Shown here piece after piece: positions 53,509 to 64,000 of a DNA stretch of 64,000 nucleotides. The notes under the pieces were generated by a model, which had not been told where the DNA came from, searched no databases, and worked only from the letters and a program-made list of their open reading frames with translations. Numbering within the stretch: the stretch's first letter is position 1; every line of letters begins with the position of its first letter. The DNA is from Paraspadella gotoi (lineage: Eukaryota > Animalia > Chaetognatha), in the NCBI GenBank assembly GCA_051294375.1, contig CM119267.1, positions 10,163,458 to 10,227,457 of the forward strand, read 5' to 3'. Made by a program: the position numbers and the translations under genes.

Positions 53509-54340
53509 ATGCCACAAAGAGTGACTTTGACCGTGACATTGTTAAGTTTAATGGTCTGCATATATGATGGATTTAATATAGACATGATTCCCATCCTTCC
53601 TGACGTTGAAGATCCAACGGAATCGAACGTTGTGCAAGGAATGGAGATTATCCCAAGTGCAAAACCGACCGAAGGACTCGAGTCGACTGAAAGGTCGAGC
53701 AACCTCACCTTTGCAAGAGATCAAACTGTCCTATTTGACGCCACTCTTGAAGCTTGGAATCGTTGGCTCAAATTTACAAATTACAATTTAATAGAAGTTG
53801 ACGAAATATTTAGCCAAGATCCTTTTCTTTATGGTAATTTCTTAATTGTCCAATTCTTAATTTCAGTTTTTTTTTTTTTTTTTACTCTCACACTTTAATC
53901 ATTTTTTAGCTTTGCGTCTCGACCGTCGGCTTGACCCAGAAATCGTAGGCAATCTCATCTTGAATGTTACCAACGTCACGCGAGATAACGGGAACGACGA
54001 TGTGAACGAGAAGCCTGCCGTGACCAGTGTTTGGATGGGAAACCTCGGCATCTACCTCGTCACTGGCATCTTAGTAGTCGTGTGCATTCTCGGCCTTGCC
54101 ATTATTCTTTGCGTTGCGAGAGCTAATAGTCAAAAGGCCCGTGACTATGAGATTGCCAACCGTCGGGATCCAGGAGGAGCGGCCGGTGGCTCCGCACCAA
54201 CGTGGCGTCGTTCTCAAGAAAACCTTGACAGAGGTCATGATTTAACGGAAAATCGCGTCGTCGAAGAGCGTGCCATCGATGTAGAAAACGCGACACCTCT
54301 CGACACACCTCGGCGAGAAAATGACGTGACGGACGTTTGA
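53509..54340 (+). CDS. Uncharacterised type I single-pass membrane protein (exons 53509-53833, 53910-54340)
   Basis: Signal-peptide-like MPQRVTLTVTLLSLMVCIYDG, an in-frame GT-AG intron, N-glycosylation sequons (NLT, NVT), TM LGIYLVTGILVVVCILGLAIILCVA and C-terminal ...TDV. Confidence 0.75.
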
Positions 54341-54783
54341 TATCAAGTTTTTTACGTTTTTATTTTAACTGGTTTTTAATTTACTGGTTTTAAAATAATA
54401 ATAATCATGTTTCGATTAAAACTTTTCTAAAAAAACCTTTTTCGGTTTTCCAACCTTTACTGAAATATTACGTATTTTACCCTTCTTCAGGTCATGCTTG
54501 ATGTTTAATTAAGCAATTAGATTTATATTCATTTGACTCGGTCTGAAAAGTTACGTCCACCATGAAGTAAGTCGAAGACAATTACGTACAACGCTTTAAA
54601 TTAATCTAAAAATCTATCAGCAAACGCATCAGAAACCTCCTTTAAAAACCTATAGTAATAGGTATATTTAATTGTATGTATTTATCAGAAGAGGCGTTTA
54701 AAATCTGAGACCGAAATATTGGAAAGAGCGGAAATGTTATGGTGAGATTCTTACTGCCTAATGTTATAAATTTTTTTTCAGGA

Positions 54784-55109
54784 AAGTTACTGCTGTACCT
54801 ATACCATTGCTGAGTATTCATTTCGACAGTGACGCAGGAGGGAACGAATCTATTTCCCGCATTCCCTCTCTCATGTCGCTGTCTGTTCCCGCAATTGTAT
54901 CGTCGGAAAAATTTGCTCGACATCCAACTGAAAGTTCATTTAATGTTACTGAAGTCTATAGAACGAGTGCAACACGTCGACAGTTCGCGCAAATAGCTCG
55001 GACCGTTTCTGGTCAGACTTTTGAACCTCCGGTCGCCTCACGAATTTTGTTCGGTTATTATTACTATCCGTCGGGGAAAAAGGTGAAAGTTAGGCCGAAA
55101 AAAACTTAA
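54784..55109 (+). CDS. Possible coding exon, product unknown
   Basis: GC-richer open frame after a TTTCAG acceptor (…RIPSLMSLSVPAIVSS…); no recognisable domain. Confidence 0.3.
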
Positions 55110-55610
55110 GTATGTTATACTTGGTTAAAATTACTTGTGTTGGTTCTCGTTGATGCGACTTGATCGTATTCATCGGTTCAAAATAAAATTTTTAGTAGTA
55201 ACTTCGTGTATGACCCTTTTTATTATTTTTTGATAAGGCATGTAGATTTGTAGACTCATTGTAGAGGATAGTCCTTTTACACCACCAATTTGGGAGGGGG
55301 GGTCTAGCTCTTTAGAACCAACCTTTTTTCGTTGTTTACACTTTACACTAAAGGAAAATGAAGGATTAATTCATTTTTACGGGGAATTAATCGTACATTA
55401 AATAACTTTTTGCATGAGAAAGCTCATTTTCGTCCGTATCTCGGTCAACAGCTGATACCACGAATTTGAGGTTCTTTCTAATTGAAGAATGTATGAAATA
55501 TGAAATATAAGAAATATGCGATGGGGAAGTCATAAATAATTTTACGCGTCACCTTTGTCAATTTTTTTTTTCTTTTTGCATGTTAAAATAAATACATCTA
55601 TAGTTTCATA

Positions 55611-55953
55611 TATGAAATTGGTACAACCAATATAAAAATTATCCATTCATTTAATAAATAAGCTATCTTGCCCCTAACATTGGACAGGCTTTGGTGGTTT
55701 AAGGCCTCCATCATGAGGACCACGCTTTCAGGCAAGACTCAGTCTCGTTTATTCACTCCCAGAGTACCTAGCTTTCCGATCAATGAAGTGGTATAATATT
55801 TCAAAGAATGTTTCAATTGAATGAAAAGACCACAACCGGAACTGAAGTATTAGGTCTGAGATTACTCCGTCCAGAAGCAAAATACAAGGAGCTAAATTTT
55901 ATGAAATTAGTAAAACCAATATAAAAATTCTCTTTATTTAATAGAGAAGCTAT
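55611..55953 (+). mobile_element. Second copy of the direct-repeat-bounded element (period ~289 bp)
   Basis: TATGAAATTGGTACAACCAAT at 55611 recurs in diverged form at 55900. The body shares conserved blocks with 48893-49222. Confidence 0.75.
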
Positions 55954-56178
55954 ATATGATTTAATTTTCTCAATGATTTCTTATTTGCTTCTTTTTTGCC
56001 GCAAAATTATTTTTAATTACTTTTCATTGTTCTCATCCAACCAATGTTACTAGTGCTTCTTATTCTATCAGTTAATTTTATAATTTTATTAAATCTAATC
56101 ATCTATAATAAAATTCACTCTTGCTTAATCATTGTTAACAATGTTAGTTATTTTCCCTTTTTTTCTCTACTAGTTTTT

Positions 56179-59100
56179 ATGCTTCCGCTAGCACTTATAA
56201 CAACCACTAATCCTGTTAACATCATGTCCACTACCTTGTTGACGACTCGCCAGTGCCAGTGTGGTCTTTTATTTGGTGATTCCAATCAAATCGTGGAACA
56301 TCGTCTTGAATGCTACACTAACAATGATAACTATTATAGATCTCAAGTGTTGTCAGAATCAGCGGACGGATTTCCGACTATGTTGGCAAAGATTCCTCGA
56401 AACCTCATCTCCAATTGTAGACGTACTTCTGTCACAGGCGAACGATACTCTTCTACTGGAAGTTTGGACGAGGCAACGTCGTCACAGGTTTTTTATCGTC
56501 GCAATCGTTTGCGCTTACGATTTTGGGACGATGATCCCAATAAACGCCGCCTTATTATTAAAGTGTGCAATTGTATGGAGCTGAAAATTAAAATATGGCT
56601 TTTCATCGTCGATGTCCTTTAAAAACGATGTTATATTTCAAATGTTTGATCTAATTTGGATTCTATTCACATTATAACTGTAATATGCAAATTAGCATAA
56701 AGTATAGGAAAATTGTATTTATTTTTCTGGCTCGTCCAAAAACGAGTTTTGCTCTCTTTCTCTCTTAAATCAATTAAATTCTTAAAATTTAATTAATTCA
56801 GTTCATATTTTTTAATTTATTTATTCAATGCCATTTATTTATCTTATTTTTTTAATTTAAATTCTATAAATTTAATTTATTACATTTCATTTCATTCATT
56901 TAATTTTTTATCCGTTTTCCTTCTCTCATTTTCCTTTCTTATTCTTTCTCGTAATTTATCGTGGGTCCAGATTTTTCTTATGCGATTTCGACGATCTTTA
57001 TGCTTTTAAGATTTTTACTATAGTCAGTTTAGTCACAATAGTAATAGAGCGAGTTTGCCTCTACATAAAAATTCCTTTTAATTCCTTTCAAAAAAAAAAA
57101 TCATTGATCTATTTTCTTTTTCAGAGTCCATCGTCGTTGTCATCGGATGATTGGAAAGAGCGCGACGATGATGTATTTAAAAGTGAAAGGATTTATTACA
57201 GCCGGGTCAATCAATCGGAAAAAGCTTTACAAAATAATGGTAATGATTGAAGGTTAAATTAATCTTTCATTGCCCTAAATTGTGAATATTTCTTATTATG
57301 AACGGTTGCAGACAAACTTAAAGCAGTCAAAAAAGAAAAACAAAAAGAAGATTTTGGATTTTCAGACGAGGATATTAAACGGACTTATGAAAGGCAAGCT
57401 CTATGACTTAACCGATAAAATAAAATCAAATAAAAGCCACTTATTTAAACGAAACTTTTACAGAATATTATTTTGTTTTAATCATTCAAGTCGAAATTGT
57501 TATAAACTTTGCATTTTTTTACTTCGTTTTATACTTATAATTATAGTAATTATTAATTAATATATTTTTTTAATTTCAATTTTTATTGGAAATCCGAAGG
57601 TGTGGTAATTATTAATCCAAACTAAGGGTAGGATTAATTAATTTTCTCTTAATTCAAGAATTCAACAAATCCGAAGACGTCACAACTTGTGGGCTGAGAT
57701 CGCTGACCCGTCTACTCGGAGAGATACCGTTGCACGACCTATGTCGCTGAAGAACAAAAATGACTTCACTATCCACCATGATCGATGGCATGCCAATCAT
57801 CCTTGGAATCGATTTGAGGCTAAACTTGTACAGGTGATAAGTTTGAAGAGCAAAAAGTCGGTTAAAGAGCTGGCATAGTAATATTTACTATTTACTCCTT
57901 AGCCATATCCACCACCACCAATCCGATCTTTCAAAAAGAATAACCCTTTGAATGAGTCAAAAGGGCAGGAGGTCAATGCTGGCAGTTCACGATCCTCTGG
58001 AACTGCACCGCAGCTGGGAAAAGCTTGTTCATGCAAGAGGTTCAGGTAGGAAAAAGCATCGTGGAATCTGAATAAGAAATTTCTGTCCCTCATTATCTTA
58101 ATACTGATTTTTATGGTAGTTTTTTAACCTTTTTTTAGTTTTTATTATCAATTCCGCCCTCTTATTTCTCGGATTCTCTTTATTTTTATTTTATTCTGCC
58201 CCATTCTTTCAGGGTCCCTCCTTACTCCTACTATTCCCCTTTCATTTCTCACTATGGACAGCATCTTATTCCACCTCTCTCATACAATTCATCAAATACT
58301 TGCAATCACCCTACCGGAACTGCTCCGGCGCTTCTCCGGGGCATCGATGTCCGACGGCCGCCACCGGGGTTTCCAGCTCGACACGTGTGTTCTGCCTCTA
58401 GCGTAGACACTAGTAGCTCTGACATGCTTTCGGTTAGCTTTGCGGGGGCACCATTCCCAATTTCTTCCCAGAGTTTATCGGTGATATCAAGCCTCGCACC
58501 ACAGTCGATCGTTGCTGGGAACATGTCTAGCGACGCCCCCGCTTGCGCACCTGGATGTTCGGACACTTTGCATGAGCTTCCTGTGGAAGTTGAAGACACT
58601 GAGGATAATAAAACTGTCATAGACTCGGATCTAGGAAGGACAATTATCTCTGCAGAATCTTCCTCGGAACCGGAATCAATGAACGAGCCCTTGGCGGAGA
58701 ATTTGGCCAAATCAAAGCCACCCCTCCAACTGGTTGGTCGACCAATCCCGATTCTCAAGTCGCGAATGAACGCAAAGCATCGAGAAGAGGAGAAGCAGTT
58801 AAACAAGGAGGAGAAAAAGAGAGAGAGATCGAGACAGGCCAAGGCGCGCGGTCCTCGACGAAACCTAGGTAACGGACCTTCTCCTATCCCCACACTAATC
58901 AATGGTGCGAGGAGCGCGCCCGCGCCCTCGGTCCCTTCCACTCGGAGATACGATGACTCCACCAACTACGATCCAAAGGAAGAAGAGAACGTTTCTTCCG
59001 CGTCAATCTCGGATGCCGCGACGGCGGAGAATTGCGTCAAGACGACGATGAACCATGGATTAAATGGGGGAACTCCTTGTTATTGTTGGTATGAAATTTT

Positions 59101-59413
59101 GGTATACTTTACTTTCACCAACCGGAACCGTAACGGTCGGTTATTTATTTTATTTGCATATATCATTATATTTTTTGCTTGTATCTAACCCAGATATGGT
59201 TCGGTTGAGGTTAAGGTTGAGGATATTTAGTAAGGCGGGCCAGAATTTAACATTTTTTTTTAGACATTGTGTATAAACTATCAATTTCGTTGCGTTTTGA
59301 ATTTAGGAGAAAAACAAATTTGTTTTTAACAACGAATTTTATTATTGGTAATACATGTTTCGACTCTTGAGTTTTAGAGTCTTCATCAGTTATGACAATC
59401 AATATTTTTATAT

Positions 59414-59451
<38 letters not shown>

Positions 59452-60449
59452 AGACAGAAAACTCCTTCTTTTTTCTGTCTGTCTCTCTCTCTCTCTCTCT
59501 CTAACCTAATGTTAAAGAGTAAAAAATATTGATTGTCATAACTGATGAAGACTCTAAAACTCAAGAGTCGAAACATGTATTACCAATAATAAAATTCGTT
59601 GTTAAAAACAAATTTGTTTTTCTACTAAAAACATTTTTTTTATAATATGAAAAAGTTTGTAATAAGTCTTTTATCCTTTTATAACTAAATTGACTTATGA
59701 TGTTAGATTTTTATTAAATTAATTTTGTTCATGCTTGGAAGCATTTCAATATTTAATAATAAATAAGAAATGTTTAAAAAAATTTATCATCATCATTCAT
59801 TAAATTTTATAATTTTTGTTAATTTTTATAAATAAATCATTAAAATTTTAAAAAGTTGTATATTATTACATGTAATAATAACCTTCATTTAATTTTTTAA
59901 GCTTTATCAGAATCCGTTAAAAAAATTAAAATTTATTATTCTGTTAGTTTGTAACCTGTTCCGCCTTATTATTTAGGGTTGGGGGGTGGTTAAGGTTATG
60001 GGTGGCGAGTAATTTTGATAGTTCAAGATAATGAGTTGACAAATTTCTTTGATTTAATGTCAACGTCTTATATATTTGCCTTTAACAGTTGGTTTCCTCC
60101 TGTACCTACTAACGGTCACTACAAATCGATGGCATATTTTTCCTCTTACTCTATGCAATCGCCAAATCAAGCTCCCGCTCAGTCTGCACCGCCCAATGCC
60201 TTTTTCAACGCAGCTTCTCCGATGGTCTACTATCCTTACCCTATGGTCAGTCCTATCGCGACAAAATATTTGCATCCCTCCATTGAAACCGCGTACATGC
60301 AGCAGTTGCAGTATCAAGGGTCTTTCTGGAATATTCCGCAGCAACAGCCGTCGACTGTTTCGCAGCCGCAAAGTGAAAATCTACTTCAAACGCCAAAGAT
60401 GGCGAAATCCGTCGCGGAAGATGAAATTTTGATAGAAAAAGAAACGTGA
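56179..60449 (+). CDS. Putative multi-exon low-complexity protein (exons near 56179-56560, 57124-57240, 57660-57834, 57903-58046, 58213-59088, 60089-60449); structure uncertain
   Basis: GC-richer open frames bounded by AG/GT. Contains a C2HC-like CQCGLLFGDSNQIVEHRLEC, DVRRPPPGF, NLGNGPSPIP and a Q/P/Y-rich C-terminal exon. Confidence 0.5.
59341..59403 (-). ncRNA. Minimal type I hammerhead ribozyme (- strand copy)
   Basis: Exact reverse complement of the + strand copy (TACATGTTTCGACTC...GAGTCTTCATCAG). Confidence 0.75.
59528..59590 (+). ncRNA. Minimal type I hammerhead ribozyme (+ strand copy)
   Basis: CUGAUGA (59542-48), A, stem II GACUC/GAGUC, GAAA (59570-73), C-AU-GUA. Stem I is UAA/UUA plus AUUG/CAAU; predicted cleavage after 59579. 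Confidence 0.75.
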
Positions 60450-61671
60450 CTTTTTTAATTACTAGTACAATTTTGTTTTGGTTACGTTATTCTCTCATGC
60501 TCATTATATATTTTGTTCTGTGCAATTTAATTGCACCTGCGTATGTTAATTGATCTTTTGTCTATCGATTGTTGATTTTATTAAATGCCTTTTTAATTTT
60601 TAAAGTCAATTCACTGACACTGTATAGCCAGTGAACTGTAAGATTGCACAATGCTCTGCTGAACTGCTTAAAATTTATGGAATACTTTACATGAAATCTT
60701 TTATCCGGCATAACACCGTGGCTATCTTTGGGTCATCCTTCGCATACTATTGGGCAGTAGGCCGATGTTAATTATCATTATTCGTATTTAACTCGTAGTA
60801 AAGGTAACCCATATTTTGGATTCTAGAATCTATAAGATAAATTTGATATGTATTACAAATTACGTATCCATTCACATTTGGTTCTAGTGAGCAACCCCCT
60901 CTTCCAACTGTCCAAACAAACCATATTTCTGTAAATCTTTTTGCTCTTTTTTGGGTCGAAAATGAATGAAATATTTTTTTTGCATCAGTTTTTTTATTTA
61001 TCAAGGAATTCATTAGTTTTTCTTTATTTAAATTTTAAAACGAGAATATCAAATTTCTTAAAACAAGCAGTTTCCTATACTAAAACCCCAATTTTCTGAT
61101 TAGTTTTCAATCTGTTATAGGAACTCGTCGCCGTTTCCTGCTTCCAGCCTGCGTCGGAATTTGCTGCCAAAGCATCCGATGGCGAGGATCGTCATCGGTT
61201 CGTCTACGACTATTACAACGTTCTGCATTATATCTTTGTTTTACGCGACTTCAGGGGTTTTGGTTACGGTTCTCGGATGATGAACGAAATCGAGCGTCAG
61301 TTTTTGATTTCTGCTCCGAAACGTCCTGTTCGACTCCAAGCAGCCACGGGAGCAGTTCGATTTTTTGAAGGGCTTGGATTCATCAGATCAGGGTGTGGAA
61401 TAGACACGGTTTCTCCCGGAAGTCGACTGTTTCGTACTATTTACAACATGAGTAAACCTGGTTAATGAATGACAATAAGCTCTGACCGTAATGATGAGTC
61501 ATTTTTAATTTCTCGGTACGAATTTGCTAGGAAAACTCGAACCTTGTATTAGAGAACCAAAACATAGTTGCATAATGCATACATGGCGGAAACTTTCAAA
61601 TTAATTAAAACTGATTTGTGTCTTCTTTTTTTCTCGTATATTCGATTTTCTTTTGCCTACTATGCAGATAG

Positions 61672-64000
61672 ATGATGATTGAAACGACACCCAATGGAAG
61701 TGGGTATAATCTCAGGCAGAGAAGAACTTTGTCTCAATCGTTCAAATCTACAGACTCGACCGAAACCGTTTCCGGCGAGCCACTTTGTTCTGGCGAGTCT
61801 TGCGCGCGGACGAGAAGTCCGAGTCGTAAAGGTTCTTACTCGCGAGATATAAAGCCTAGGCCATCCATTCGAGGACGGGCTTTGGACGACTTTTCCTTTG
61901 GAAGAGACAGAGTGATCAGTGGAAACGTTGATAATGGATTTTGTAACGCGCAAAATTTATCATCGTCGGAGAAAAACACGTCTCACAGTTATTCCTCTAT
62001 CTCCGCAATGGATGCCGACGTTACGTTTGTGAAGACCCTTAATGATGAGTCTTTGACTGGAAGCTGGTCGGTTGTGTTTTAAAGTACTTTTGTTTAAATA
62101 CTTAAAATTCTTATCCGTATTTTTTTTTTTTTTTTTGCTAGATAAAAAGAGGGAAAAGAGCGGAAAGGTTGGATACAAGGACAAAAGAGCTAGTCCAAGT
62201 GAAGATATATTCCATCCACAATATATGTGGAATTTTTTCTTACGTCACGAGTAAATCTATTATTTTATTCGTGAAATAGTTGGTAGATGTTAGCCTTAGT
62301 TTGTACTAGTCTTTTGTCTTATATATTTTTGAAAGTCAGTCATTATAGATAAATTTAAGTTTCATCTTTAAAAAGTTACTTCATATTTAATATAAATTAT
62401 GAAGTCTATAAATAGACTTGCGTTTAATTCGCAACATGACCAGTATGCAAGAAAATAGCAAGTTTTTGAGTGTTAATCATTTTTATGGTTCTTCAAATCG
62501 TTCGTCGAGCTGTACAGCTCTTAGTCCTAGTCCGAGGATGGGAACAAAAGCAATAAGTTGTCAAAGATCACCTATAAACCTGTCTCCACTTCCTACAGTT
62601 TCTTTGGCAACTTCTCCTTTGAAAAGTCCCAGTCAGTCGAACGTTTCTACTTCTCATAGTTTAATTGGGTTTGATCAAAACATGAATAAAATGCCAGTAA
62701 TTCGTACTGATGATAAATTATTGCAATGCACAATTACTGCAAATCCGACGACGCCTCCAAATGTTAGAAATTGGGACTTTTCGGATTCTGATGAAAGTAC
62801 CAAAAAAATACTTCCAGCTATTTCAAATAAACCAATAAAAAAATCAAAGTTAAATAGTGATCAAAATTCTAGTTACTTTACACCAAAAATTACTTCAGCC
62901 ATAATCGCAATGCTAGTTTTATTATTATTATGCTATCGAATTGGTTTTAATCAACAAGTCGATACTCCCGTTAATGCGTTGAGTAATCAAGAGCACATGT
63001 TGGTCCAACTTGAAAGGAAGGTAGAATTGCTTTTTACTCGAAAAATCGCAAGCATAACAGAAGCAATTCAATACTCCATATTAAAAACTTCTGAGAAATC
63101 TGATGGTTCTTCAAATCATACAGATTTAATTAAAGAAAGACTATCTGAAATCGAAGATATTATTAATGGAGTCCAGACTTCGGTGAATTTTCACGAAACT
63201 ACAATAAAAAAAAATATTATCAAGTTGGAAGAAGCAACAATGAAAAATATAGAAATGTCTATTCTGTTATCATCATGCAGCGAAGATCTGAAACGAATTG
63301 AGAAAAAAATAAATGATGATTATATGTTGGAAAAAGTAATGGAGGCTGAACTTAAAAGTTTGATTTTCAAGCAAAAAGCGGAGGTAGAGACAATTAAAAA
63401 GATGATACAAAACAATTGTAAAAATGATGACCAAAATTTGCAAAAAATCATAGACGTTGGAAAAAATATTCAATCAACTTTAAAAAATGAATTGCAAGAA
63501 GTGTTTGACGTGCGCTTAGATAATGTTGAAAGCAAATTATTAAAGGGTTTAAGCGATTTAATGAAGTTCGGCGAAAAATTGGACAACATGGTGAAACACA
63601 CTAAAGATATTACATCCTATAAATATTTGATTGCAGCAAAAGAGGAGCTTCAAAGTTTCATTACAAAGACAGTCGTCAGTCAAAAAACAGAAAAAGCCGA
63701 TTACGCTTTAGAAACACAAGGTGGTTTTATTCTTGAAGAAGAAACCACTGAAACTTATGTAAATTCTCCTTCATTTACTTCATTCTTTGGATTTCCCTTG
63801 AGATATCATGTAAATGGTCCTCGTACTATCATTCAACCTGGTATGCATCCGGGACAGTGTTGGCCTATGTCTGGAACTCAGGGTCACGTCCTAATTAAAC
63901 TTTCTCACACGATTTTACCTCAAGGGTTTACTATAGAACACATTCCAAAAAATCTATCACCAACTAATGACATACTTTCTGCAGTCAAATATTTTCATGT
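61672..64000 (+). CDS. SUN-domain inner nuclear membrane protein (partial; exon 1 about 61672-62066, long exon about 62416 to window end)
   Basis: N-terminal YNLRQR. The frame from 62436 is open to the window end, with TM AIIAMLVLLLLCY, a coiled-coil region and SUN motifs ADYALETQGG, GPRTIIQPGMHPGQCWPMSGTQG and FTIEHIPKNLSP. Confidence 0.9.

Larger units (their letters stand above)
59302..59629. mobile_element. 328-bp palindromic element with two outward-facing hammerhead motifs
   Basis: About 102-bp perfect inverted arms (59308-59409 / 59522-59623) around inner (GA)n...(TC)n complementary tracts. Confidence 0.92.

Noticed and set aside
48893-55953. Direct repeats with variable inserts as a CRISPR-like array
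   Set aside because: Only two repeats per locus ~300 bp apart, eukaryotic context and no cas genes.
42225-59629. Functional link between Angel (cyclic phosphatase) and nearby hammerheads that generate 2',3'-cyclic phosphates
   Set aside because: The elements are dispersed across the window; proximity in a eukaryotic genome is no evidence of coupling.

Overview
Eukaryotic, probably arthropod-like genomic DNA with spliceosomal GT-AG introns. Bases 1-~24.5 kb are a (GA)n/(TC)n-rich, CpG-rich, gene-poor domain with two 25-N gaps and noisy sequence. It contains one single-exon LRIG/lambik-type gene. Bases ~25-64 kb are AT-rich and gene-dense: a C2H2 zinc-finger gene, a 13-exon GCLC, an intronless TXNDC9, an Angel-family EEP phosphatase with a long PAM2-bearing N-terminus, an orphan type I membrane protein, a low-complexity protein and a SUN-domain protein that runs off the end. 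The most notable unexplained structure is a set of non-coding palindromic elements (about 6.8-8.0 kb, 33.8-35.15 kb and 59.3-59.63 kb, plus a solo unit at 31.5 kb). Their arms end in outward-facing minimal hammerhead-ribozyme motifs of the Penelope type, and one copy carries a compensatory C3-G8 to U3-A8 change. Also present are a ~335-nt candidate structured RNA with a kissing-loop/double-pseudoknot core, tRNA-derived SINE-like elements with an unusual 5' hairpin and multi-stem body, a ~300-bp element bounded by direct repeats, and several MITE families. All calls were made by eye; no database search or folding program was run.
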